Below, one piece after another: positions 1 through 7,037 of a DNA stretch of 34,016 nt. A program made the translations under genes and the position numbers. How positions within the stretch are numbered: the first letter of the stretch is position 1; each line of letters begins with the position of its first letter. Below the pieces are notes generated by a model, which had not been told where the DNA came from, made no database searches, and saw only the letters and a list, made by a program, of their open reading frames with translations. The DNA is from an uncultured Clostridia bacterium (GTDB lineage Bacteria; Bacillota; Clostridia; Christensenellales; UBA1242), in assembly GCA_937915245.1 (NCBI GenBank), contig CALDLU010000075.1, forward strand, positions 1 to 34,016, written 5' to 3'.

Positions 1-159
1 GAATGCACTACCACTTATTGTTGTCAATGCTGGTAGATTTATACTTGTTAATGAATAACAACTAGAGAATGCACTACCACTTATTGTTGTCAATGCTGGT
101 AGATTTATACTTGTTAATGAATAACAACTAGAGAATGTACTACTACTTATTGTTGTCAT
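1..159. repeat. 66-bp in-frame tandem repeat (1-66 and 67-132 identical; third copy from 133 diverges after about 27 nt)
   Basis: Direct comparison of the first three lines of sequence. The period of 66 nt equals one 22-aa LRR unit of the minus-strand CDS. Confidence 0.95.
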
Positions 160-795
160 ATTAGTGTTTTCAGTACATTTAAAATTTAATATATATTTAT
201 TGCTTTGTATAATTATTTGTTTTGATGAACTAGTAGGTACAGTTAATTTATCTACTATCATTTCCATAACTTTTACATCTGTTTTGAAATCAATATTTGC
301 ATTTAATTCAGCATTTATCATATACACTATAACATATCGTGTACTATACCCTAAACTACAAGGTTTATCTTTACTAACATCCCAAGTATGAGTTTGATTT
401 CCTACATATAGTGTATCGGGTTCATCACTAAACACAAATGCATCTCCTTGTGAGGCATTACCACTTGCAGTCTTTGACATTGTTGTGCTTATATCTGTAT
501 TTGGTAACAACATAATATAAGTTGGATGATAAGTTACACCATCTTGTTCAATATCTTGTGCATTTCTAATTATATCTTCGGTATCCCACCAATCATTTGG
601 TCTTTGCCAACCTCCTCCAACTTCTGGGTTATTTGGATTTATAAATTCAGTATTATTTTGTTCTAAAAATAAATTTCCTATATTAAATATGTCCATATCA
701 TCAGTTGCTGGTAAGTTCGCAAGTTTTGCATTTTTAATACAATTTTGTCTACCTTTTTCTACATTTTCTAACACATTTAAAATATTACTAGCCAT
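1..795 (-). CDS. BspA/TpLRR-type leucine-rich-repeat protein; start codon at 795, 3' end beyond the left window edge
   Basis: ATG at 795-793 is preceded by AGGAGGAATGAATC. My hand translation stays open to position 1 (MASNILNVLENVEKGRQNC...). The last part reads FSSCYSLTSINLPALTTISGSAF repeated, matching the 22-aa F-x-x-C-x-x-L-x-x-I-x-L-P consensus of BspA-like LRRs. It is absent from the ORF track because no stop lies in the window. Confidence 0.75.
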   Translation of the reverse strand, partial: MASNILNVLENVEKGRQNCIKNAKLANLPATDDMDIFNIGNLFLEQNNTEFINPNNPEVGGGWQRPNDWWDTEDIIRNAQDIEQDGVTYHPTYIMLLPNTDISTTMSKTASGNASQGDAFVFSDEPDTLYVGNQTHTWDVSKDKPCSLGYSTRYVIVYMINAELNANIDFKTDVKVMEMIVDKLTVPTSSSKQIIIQSNKYILNFKCTENTNMTTISSSTFSSCYSLTSINLPALTTISGSAFSSCYSLTSINLPALTTISGSAF

Positions 796-1330
796 GATTC
801 ATTCCTCCTAAAATATTTATTAATTCTTTAACTCTATTTACTTGGTCTTGTGTATATAATAAGTCCATAGGTTCATATTGAAAATTAGCACCATACTTAA
901 ATTCTAAATCACTTTCTATCATATATTGCTTCATATCAATATCTATTTGAACATCTGCTATTACTTCACTATAACCATCTAAATTGTCATCTATTGCTTT
1001 GTATGTACCGTTTGAAGTTATTGTTTTTGTACCAAACTTCTTTTCAGGCACATTAACTTTAGCACTTGCCTTATCGGTTACATCATAAATCCCATTTTTG
1101 GTAAATTCTACTTCTCCATTTGGAACTATATATTCACTTGGAATGGGTTCTACTGTTACTTTAGATAAACCCGTATAATCTTTATCGGGTTCTACAATTT
1201 GAGTTTCTTTTGTAGGTGTAACTTCTTTTTCTTGAGTAATTGGTTTTAAAACTTCAATTGTTTTACTTAACTGCCCAGTAAGAACTTCATCTTGGCTAAT
1301 ATAACCAGTTAATTCTTGTGCTTCTATCAT
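788..1330 (-). CDS. distal tail / fibre-associated protein (hypothetical)
   Basis: 180-aa ORF that overlaps the next gene start by 8 nt. It contains the module KEVTPTKETQIVEPDKDYTGLSKVTVEPIP, which I recognise from tail-fibre-like proteins of Firmicute prophages. Function is unproven. Confidence 0.5.
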   Translation of the reverse strand: MIEAQELTGYISQDEVLTGQLSKTIEVLKPITQEKEVTPTKETQIVEPDKDYTGLSKVTVEPIPSEYIVPNGEVEFTKNGIYDVTDKASAKVNVPEKKFGTKTITSNGTYKAIDDNLDGYSEVIADVQIDIDMKQYMIESDLEFKYGANFQYEPMDLLYTQDQVNRVKELINILGGMNHG

Positions 1331-1701
1331 TTAATATCACTGCCTTCTGGGTATAAAATAAATTCTTTAGCACCATCCTCATCATAGCCAATTATTGTAT
1401 TACCATTTAATTGGATTTCATACCAATATGTTACAGGTTTATTAATTAACTCGCCAATAGTTAAATCTTCTTTATCAAAAAAAATTTCAATTTTTTTAGT
1501 TTCAACTGCAACTTCATATTCTTTTAATAACATGGCATTTTCATTCAATTTATTTGCTTCATATACACCAAATTTTACAATATCTCCAATTTGAAAAGTA
1601 TAACTTTCTAAATCAGAAGTTGGAATAGAAAAAGAAAAACTTTGGTTTTCATCTCCTCTATTTACTGATATGGTTTTATATAAATTATCTACTTTTAGCA
1701 T
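1327..1701 (-). CDS. small beta-rich tail accessory protein (BppU N-terminal-domain-like)
   Basis: The track gives 1327..1749, but the ATG at 1701 (MLKVDNLYK...) follows AAAGGTGG. There is an ATGA overlap with the next gene at 1327-1330. The domain call rests on weak pattern similarity only. Confidence 0.45.
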   Translation of the reverse strand: MLKVDNLYKTISVNRGDENQSFSFSIPTSDLESYTFQIGDIVKFGVYEANKLNENAMLLKEYEVAVETKKIEIFFDKEDLTIGELINKPVTYWYEIQLNGNTIIGYDEDGAKEFILYPEGSDIK

Positions 1702-1749
1702 AATATTCCACCTTTCTATAGTAATTATAACATAACTTTTAAATAACAC

Positions 1750-1774
1750 AAAAAAATACCAATAAATGGTATCC
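1750..1774 (-). terminator. intrinsic terminator ending the ORF-free 1750-2296 unit
   Basis: The minus strand reads GGATACCA-TTTAT-TGGTATTT followed by TTTTTG. The stem is 8 bp including two basal G-U pairs that would be A-C mismatches on the plus strand. Confidence 0.6.
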
Positions 1775-2296
1775 CTTTGATAATTAATTCAAGGAGGTTG
1801 TCAATGAATTAATAGTAAAAGTTCATATCGCAATGGCATTGAATTTCTTCAATGCGATATGAAAAATGATATGCTATTCAACACCTAGGATTATTTATCA
1901 CATATCATAGCATTGTGCTTTAGTCTTATTTCCACACGGGAGAATAAGCATACTTATTAGCACCATATTAAGCAAATCTGATGCATAAGGGTTCAAACCT
2001 TATTTATTAAACGCTCATATAATCGGCACCCGATTAACTTAATATGCTACCAGCAAGGTAGCGGTATAAATCACACCTACTTAATCGCAACGAGAAACCA
2101 TAAGTAGCAATGTGGTTTAATTATATCTGCTTTTGCTCGCTGTCTAGGGTATTAGCAGCATTCCCCACCTCTAAATTAGGACTTCGTTACTGCTACTAGC
2201 GGAACTAATGACTTCACGACTTCCATATAAACACAGGATTTTATGTGTTTGCCCAACAATTTAATAATATAAACACAACCTTGTAAATTGCATTTA
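1750..2296 (-). ncRNA. candidate large structured non-coding RNA (about 550 nt), class unknown
   Basis: No ORF of 60 aa or more on either strand between a promoter (2304-2332) and a terminator (1750-1774). There are many local hairpins: 1824-1861, 1985-2003, 2022-2034, 2046-2062, 2095-2118 and 2229-2250. G+C is visibly raised (27/60 in 2161-2220 by my count) in an otherwise very AT-rich genome. Confidence 0.45.
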
Positions 2297-2303
2297 CATA
2301 TTT

Positions 2304-2332
2304 AATATAACATAAATGATATTAAAAATCAA
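2304..2332 (-). promoter_or_regulatory. sigma-A-type promoter TTGATT-17-TATATT
   Basis: -35 at 2332-2327 and -10 at 2309-2304 on the minus strand, with a 17-nt spacer. Confidence 0.5.
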
Positions 2333-2424
2333 TAATGGAGTTCCTATATGGAATTGCACCATAATCTAGGTTTTTGCAGAACCTTGTCCTACTTTTAGAC
2401 GATAGGAACATCAAATAGAAGAAG

Positions 2425-2784
2425 TTAATCTTCTATTTTCCAAACACATCGCATAGTACGATTTGAACAGTCAAATGTGTCATATATGCAACCATCTATT
2501 ATACAAGTGATATGTCCTATCATAGTACATAAATATACTCCTTTAGGGTGTTCTTCTAAAAATTCCCCTATAGTTTTTGAATAATGGCATTCTCTTGGAT
2601 ATTTATTGTCTAAATATTCTTCAATAAAGTCGACACTATCCATCATTTGTCCTTGCTCTCTTGCTAAATTACTTAATTTATCATAAGTAATATCCCAAGA
2701 TGTATTTTCGGCTAAAGATATGGCACGAGTAGTGCAATCTGCCACTCTATTATTTAATGGATTTGCATTGTAATATTTGAACAT
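2425..2784 (-). CDS. small papain-fold (Cys-His) protein, putative peptidase/transglutaminase-like
   Basis: 119 aa. It has an N-terminal NNRVADCTTRAISLA motif (candidate nucleophile Cys) and a C-terminal GHITCIIDGCIYDTFD motif (candidate His/Asp). This layout is typical of NlpC/P60 or papain-like minidomains that are widespread in Firmicute phages. Confidence 0.45.
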   Translation of the reverse strand: MFKYYNANPLNNRVADCTTRAISLAENTSWDITYDKLSNLAREQGQMMDSVDFIEEYLDNKYPRECHYSKTIGEFLEEHPKGVYLCTMIGHITCIIDGCIYDTFDCSNRTMRCVWKIED

Positions 2785-2786
2785 AA

Positions 2787-3287
2787 TTACATTCTTGCCA
2801 TTTCATCAATTGCTTGGTTTAAGATTTGAACTTCTTCATTTGAAGAGGCATTTTCTTTTAAATGTTTGTAATAGTCTTTAAATGATTTAACCATGTATTT
2901 AAAACTTTCCATAGTTTTACCATCATTTCCGTACATTTCTTTTCCCTCACTATAATCTTCATAGTTTTGGTACATATCGTTCATTATTTCTTCACCACGA
3001 TATCTTCCTCTTCCTGTTCCCGGAACTCCACGGCGACCATAACTATCCATAAAACGACCTCTACTATCTCTTGAACGACCACCACTATAATTATCGTAAT
3101 CTCTATACATATTTTCTTTCTCCTTCCAATATTTTTCGTTTTCGATATCTTTGTGGATATCTATTAATTTATAAAGCACATCAACATTGGCATTTTGTAA
3201 GCCATTTTCAGTTGTTTGTTTTATAAGTTTTTCTACTTCTTCTTTTGCTTTTACTAAAACATTTTGTTCTGTTTTTTCTTCTTCCAT
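2787..3287 (-). CDS. acidic protein with central Arg/Gly/Tyr-rich low-complexity segment (unknown function)
   Basis: 166 aa with RBS AAAGGTGA. The central segment is GGRSRDSRGRFMDSYGRRGVPGTGRGRYRG, flanked by helical Glu/Lys-rich regions. Confidence 0.6.
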   Translation of the reverse strand: MEEEKTEQNVLVKAKEEVEKLIKQTTENGLQNANVDVLYKLIDIHKDIENEKYWKEKENMYRDYDNYSGGRSRDSRGRFMDSYGRRGVPGTGRGRYRGEEIMNDMYQNYEDYSEGKEMYGNDGKTMESFKYMVKSFKDYYKHLKENASSNEEVQILNQAIDEMARM

Positions 3288-3291
3288 CTAA

Positions 3292-3465
3292 TCACCTTTC
3301 TTTTAATAACTCGATTATTTTTTCATATTGTTCATCTTGCTTATTCAAATGATTTTCTAGTTTTTCTATTTGCTTATCATTTAAGTTTAAATTTTCAACA
3401 CCAATTATGAAAGACAATATATTTATTAAGTCTAATAAGTAATCGTTGTTATTGTCAGTATTCAT
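3292..3465 (-). CDS. 57-aa hypothetical protein (below ORF-track size cut-off)
   Basis: TAATG overlap with the upstream stop at 3465-3467. Translation: MNTDNNNDYLLDLINILSFIIGVENLNLNDKQIEKLENHLNKQDEQYEKIIELLKER. Its TGA at 3292-3294 lies inside the RBS of the next gene. Confidence 0.55.
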   Translation of the reverse strand: MNTDNNNDYLLDLINILSFIIGVENLNLNDKQIEKLENHLNKQDEQYEKIIELLKER

Positions 3466-3917
3466 TATGCTCTTTTGCTAATCCCAAGAATAGCATTAGT
3501 AATAATAGGTACTTGTGTCGCAGTAGATGTCGTACCTGTCGCACCAGCATTAACATTTGGCACAGAAGCAATAGTTAAAGTAGTATTAGCCTTGCAACAT
3601 ACTCTTATTTTCTTGTTAAAAGATAAATTAGCAAGACCACCAGCAGTTACAGTTGAGGCACTAATTGTTGATGGTATTAAAATTCCATCTTGATATAGTC
3701 CAAGAGCAACAATACCAGCAGTTCCACTAGTTGCTACTGCACTTAAATCTATCTCGTAAGTTCCTCCTTGTAATATTTTATAAAGTGGAGAACCTTGTGT
3801 ATGTTGAAGCCAACCACAACAATTTGCTGAACGACTTCTATAATCATCTAGTGGGAAAGTTACCACACTATTATTCGCAGTTAGAGCAAGTGTAGAATTA
3901 ATTACACTTTCTATCAT
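3465..3917 (-). CDS. BclA C-terminal-domain-like (C1q/TNF-type jelly-roll) protein
   Basis: 150 aa. Alternating beta-strand pattern: GGTYEIDLSAVATSGTAGIVALGLYQDG...LANLSFNKKIRV...TLTIASVPN. It resembles the globular C-terminal domain of exosporium BclA-type proteins but has no collagen-like repeats. The call is from pattern memory only. Confidence 0.4.
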   Translation of the reverse strand: MIESVINSTLALTANNSVVTFPLDDYRSRSANCCGWLQHTQGSPLYKILQGGTYEIDLSAVATSGTAGIVALGLYQDGILIPSTISASTVTAGGLANLSFNKKIRVCCKANTTLTIASVPNVNAGATGTTSTATQVPIITNAILGISKRA

Positions 3918-4000
3918 TTTTTATCATTCCTTTCTATATTTTTTACATTTTTGCAATTTTTTTACAATTATTGGCAAAATAATGTGTAAAATACAATTAT

Positions 4001-4030
4001 TTTTAAAAAGATAGGTTTTTAGCCTATCTT
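4001..4030 (-). terminator. intrinsic terminator after the Cys/Gly-rich gene (A-tract/T-tract flanked, possibly bidirectional)
   Basis: 8-bp stem AAGATAGG (4008-4015) / CCTATCTT (4023-4030) with a T-run on the minus strand. It is preceded on the minus strand by two further hairpins (TTCCCCTTAAAGGGGAA and CTCTGATTACAGAG). Confidence 0.6.
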
Positions 4031-4093
4031 TCGATTTTCCCCTTTAAGGGGAAAGCAATTCTCTGTAATCAGAGTTCCTTTATAGGCTCATGC

Positions 4094-4867
4094 TTAGATA
4101 ATTGTCGAACCATTACCACATCCGCAACCATATCCGCTAGTTACCGAATAATTGTAGCAACAATTTGGATTTGGCACGATGTAACTTGGTGAAGGGCAAG
4201 GTTTTAATTGGTCTATTAAGTAAGTATTTTGTCTTTCTTGTGATGCTGCTAATCTCAACGCATTAATTTCATTTTGTTGAGCAGTGATTTGAGCGTTTTT
4301 ATCTTCAAGTCTGTTTGCAATTATTTCATCGTGTAATGCACGATAATTGCAATTTACTGCATCAATTATATCTCTAGTGTTTTGAGTAGCATTATTAGTA
4401 ATAGCACAAGTATTTGTAGCCATATTATAATTTACACCATCAATTGCTCTTTGAGTTTCACAGCAACAACTTGCTAATTGACTTGAAACACCATTTATAG
4501 CATTTCTAGTTTCAAACCCATTAGTCATAATAGCATTGTTTGTTCCTGCAAATCCATTTAATAGGCTAGTGTTCATAGCATAGAAGCCATCACATAGTCC
4601 ATTCTGAATGTATCTGCTTTGGGCAGTTAAATCACCGAAACCATCACTAAGTTGTCTTTGAATTGTAGCAAAATCTGAGGCTAGAACATAATTATCAGCA
4701 ACAGAACCATTACCATTGCCTCTGTTTCCACCGAAACCATTTCCCCATCCGCCTAAAGCAAAGATAAGAAATATGATAATCCAAGCAGACCAATCGCCAT
4801 TACCAAATCCACTATTTCCGTTATTTGTTCCAACATCCATTACTGGAACAATTCCATCTCCTCTCAT
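4094..4867 (-). CDS. membrane-anchored Gly/Asn- and Cys-rich protein with coiled-coil segment (unknown function)
   Basis: 257 aa. There is one TM segment (WSAWIIIFLIFALGGWG) flanked by GNG repeats. CCC and CC clusters are present, plus the coiled-coil AQITAQQNEINALRLAASQ and a C-terminal NPNCCYNYSVTSGYGCGCGNG. Confidence 0.6.
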   Translation of the reverse strand: MRGDGIVPVMDVGTNNGNSGFGNGDWSAWIIIFLIFALGGWGNGFGGNRGNGNGSVADNYVLASDFATIQRQLSDGFGDLTAQSRYIQNGLCDGFYAMNTSLLNGFAGTNNAIMTNGFETRNAINGVSSQLASCCCETQRAIDGVNYNMATNTCAITNNATQNTRDIIDAVNCNYRALHDEIIANRLEDKNAQITAQQNEINALRLAASQERQNTYLIDQLKPCPSPSYIVPNPNCCYNYSVTSGYGCGCGNGSTII

Positions 4868-4898
4868 GTTTATTTCTCCTTTCTTCTATTTAAACCTA

Positions 4899-4927
4899 TT
4901 GAATACTTTAACCTACCATGGTATAAT
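4899..4927 (+). promoter_or_regulatory. near-consensus promoter TTGAAT-17-TGgTATAAT for the homing-endonuclease gene
   Basis: -35 at 4899-4904, a 17-nt spacer ending in TGG, and a perfect -10 TATAAT at 4922-4927. It is followed by a 12-bp leader stem (4934-4945 / 4974-4985, one G-U that fits the plus strand). Confidence 0.65.
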
Positions 4928-5036
4928 TAATTAGTCGAGGTAATCATTAATAGATTTATATAAGTATCAAAGAGATTATCTCGACAATAAAAACTTTGGT
5001 ACTTGTATAAGTCTATTTTTTTTATAGGAGATTTTT

Positions 5037-5579
5037 ATGAAAGAAATATGGAAAGATATTAAAGGATATGAGGGGTTATATCAAGCAAGTAATCTAGGTA
5101 GGATAAAAAGTATTAGCAAAATGGTTAATGGTTCAAATCAATTTGGAGTTAAATTTAAATATTTAAAGAAAGATAAAATATTAAAACCTGTAATCAATAA
5201 CCACGATTATTTGCAAGTGTCTTTGTACAAAAATAATAAGAAAGTTGAAATAAGAATACACCAACTTGTTGCTCAAACATTTTTGCCCAATCCTAATAAT
5301 TATAAGATTATTAATCATAAAGATGGAAACAAACACAACAATTGTATTGAAAATTTAGAATATTGCACTCAATCTCACAATGTTAATGAAAGTTATCGAT
5401 TAAGATTGCAAACGCCTATCACTAAACGAGTTAATCAATATGATTTAAATAACAATTTTATCAAAACATGGGATAGTATCAATGATGCTAGAAAACATTA
5501 TAATAACTCACATATATCAGATTGTTGCAATGGTCATAGAAAAACCGCCACTGGTTATATTTGGAGATATACAGATTAG
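5037..5579 (+). CDS. free-standing HNH homing endonuclease (NUMOD4 + HNH_3 + C-terminal IENR1-like HTH, I-HmuI type)
   Basis: The N-terminus WKDIKGYEGLYQASNLGRIKS is a NUMOD4 motif. INHKDGNKHNNCIENLEYCTQSHN is the HNH motif. The C-terminal part (WDSINDARKHYNNSHISDCCNGHRKTATGYIWRY) looks like a DNA-binding module. It is the only plus-strand gene inside the late region. Confidence 0.85.
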   Translation: MKEIWKDIKGYEGLYQASNLGRIKSISKMVNGSNQFGVKFKYLKKDKILKPVINNHDYLQVSLYKNNKKVEIRIHQLVAQTFLPNPNNYKIINHKDGNKHNNCIENLEYCTQSHNVNESYRLRLQTPITKRVNQYDLNNNFIKTWDSINDARKHYNNSHISDCCNGHRKTATGYIWRYTD

Positions 5580-5591
5580 TGCATATCTCTT

Positions 5592-5819
5592 TTATTTTTT
5601 AAATTTATTCATAAATTCTCCAAATTGTTTATCAAAATCAATGTTTTTTTCTTTACATATATTTCTTGCAAATTGTTTTATTCCTTTATCATCTCCTTTT
5701 TCCATCATTTGTGTTAAATTCGCAAATATTGGGTTTGAATTATTTTTTAACATATTCATCGCTATATTTTTAGGGTTCATATTACCCATTAACCCTTTTA
5801 GCATATTTATTGGGTTCAT
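5592..5819 (-). CDS. 75-aa hypothetical protein
   Basis: RBS AGGAGGGG. Met/Asn-rich N-terminus with the internal repeat NMLKG / NMLKN. Confidence 0.55.
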   Translation of the reverse strand: MNPINMLKGLMGNMNPKNIAMNMLKNNSNPIFANLTQMMEKGDDKGIKQFARNICKEKNIDFDKQFGEFMNKFKK

Positions 5820-5820
5820 A

Positions 5821-6243
5821 TTACCCCTCCTTATTTGATTTTAATTTAGATTTAATTTCCTTTAATTCTTCTTTTATTTCTCTTTTAAAGGCTATTAAAT
5901 TTTCTTGTATATCATCAAGTTTATTGAAATCAAACTTTTCTTCTTTGGTTTCTTTTTGTTCTTTAGGTTCATATATTGTTATTTTACTTGTTCCATCTTG
6001 TTGCAATTGTTTTGTTACTATTGCACTACCATTAGCAATTGGAAAATAACTTATTGACCCATCTAATGGTATATCCATAGATTTTACTGTTTCTACACTG
6101 TCTACTTGTTTACCATTTAAGAATGTTCTATTTATTCCCATCTGTGGAATATTTTGCTGCTGCATAGGCATTTCCATTGGTTGTGGTATATTTGGTTGTT
6201 GTCCATAATATCTATTCATATAAGGGTTATATTGGTTATACAT
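5821..6243 (-). CDS. Tyr/Gln/Pro-rich low-complexity N-terminus plus beta domain and Lys/Glu tail (unknown function)
   Basis: The track start 6258 contains the RBS itself. The ATG at 6243 (MYNQYNPYMNRYYGQQPNIPQP...) follows GGAGGA with a 7-nt spacer. Confidence 0.6.
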   Translation of the reverse strand: MYNQYNPYMNRYYGQQPNIPQPMEMPMQQQNIPQMGINRTFLNGKQVDSVETVKSMDIPLDGSISYFPIANGSAIVTKQLQQDGTSKITIYEPKEQKETKEEKFDFNKLDDIQENLIAFKREIKEELKEIKSKLKSNKEG

Positions 6244-6269
6244 TTTCTTTTCCTCCATATCTGTTTATA

Positions 6270-6328
6270 AAATGCAAAAGAGAAATAGTAAACCACACTT
6301 GTTTTAAAAATGCTTTAAACTATTTCTC
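6270..6328 (-). terminator. terminator-like hairpin immediately upstream of the 6243 gene RBS
   Basis: 10-bp stem (6280-6289 / 6319-6328) with a large 29-nt loop. It is followed on the minus strand by TTTTGCATTTT. Confidence 0.35.
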
Positions 6329-6386
6329 CTTTCTGTAATCACTCTTGTACAAGTTGAGTACTCTTGTTCTTACATTTTTATTCTAT

Positions 6387-6419
6387 CAAAGAAAAAGAAA
6401 TGAATTTTACTCATTTCTT
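6387..6419 (-). terminator. intrinsic terminator
   Basis: 9-bp stem AAGAAATGA (6395-6403) / TCATTTCTT (6411-6419) with a 7-nt loop. It is followed on the minus strand by TTTTCTTTG. The stem is AT-rich. Confidence 0.5.
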
Positions 6420-6903
6420 ACACAATTATTGTAATTTATGTTTTATTTCGTTTACTTATTGTTTATATATCTATCTACATTTATATTTTTTATTTATTTT
6501 TTTATATATTTTAGTACATTTATATTGACTTTTCTATATATATCAATTACTTTTTTCGAGACTAGATTGGAAGCCTAATATGTTTTTTGGGTACAAAAAC
6601 CCCTTGGAAAGCAAGAGATTTACATTTTATAACTACTTTTTTCTCAACTGAGTTGTTGAGCCATAAAATGGTCTTTGTTATACAAGTATAGTTATTATTC
6701 TGTCCATAACACTTGTATACCCCATTCCAGAAATCCACCAAGATTATTTTTTAGAGTTAGTTCACTTTTCCTAACTTGAAGATAAACAAAATAAAGACCT
6801 CTTTTGTTGTACCTAACTTTTTCTAATGCGTGAGCAAAGTTAAACTTCCTAGTTTTTTGATAACGGTGAAACTAGAGCAAAGAAAACACCTTGCGAAACA
6901 AAT
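6420..6903 (-). ncRNA. ORF-free, hairpin-rich transcript segment between two terminators (candidate ncRNA or long structured leader)
   Basis: No ORF of 60 aa or more on either strand. Hairpins include 6677-6720 (10 bp + 5 bp), 6643-6660, 6757-6778 and 6850-6876. A 6-bp stem at 6873-6890 has a G-U pair that fits only the minus strand. Confidence 0.3.
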
Positions 6904-6992
6904 AAAAAAAGAATACTTATAGACAAGTAGAGTTTTTAAAACGAAGTGAATGGCTCTACCCATCTATAAATATTCTTTCTATTCACTTCGTT
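6904..6992 (-). promoter_or_regulatory. antiterminator/terminator switch (transcription attenuator)
   Basis: On the minus strand, a 12-bp hairpin (6981-6992 with 6940-6951) competes with a 22-bp helix (6954-6975 with 6911-6932). The 22-bp helix has 18 Watson-Crick and 4 G-U pairs and is followed directly by T7 (6904-6910). The 3' arm of the first hairpin lies in the loop of the second. The G-U pairs would be A-C mismatches on the plus strand. Confidence 0.6.
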
Positions 6993-7008
6993 ATTCTTAT
7001 ACAAGTCA

Positions 7009-7037
7009 AGTATACTATAAATAAAAGAATAAATCAA
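7009..7037 (-). promoter_or_regulatory. sigma-A-type promoter TTGATT-17-TATACT
   Basis: -35 at 7037-7032 and -10 at 7014-7009. The predicted start lies about 10 nt upstream of the attenuator. Confidence 0.5.

Noticed and set aside
164-391. Plus-strand 75-aa ORF on the track
   Set aside because: It lies antisense inside the open minus-strand LRR gene (1-795), has no RBS, and has the hydrophobic Ile/Leu/Phe-rich composition typical of antisense frames in AT-rich DNA.
1981-2005. tRNA-like T-arm (ATAAGG-GTTCAAA-CCTTAT)
   Set aside because: The loop does not fit the T-psi-C consensus on either strand. I could not build an acceptor, D or anticodon arm around it, so I treat it as one hairpin of the larger RNA candidate.
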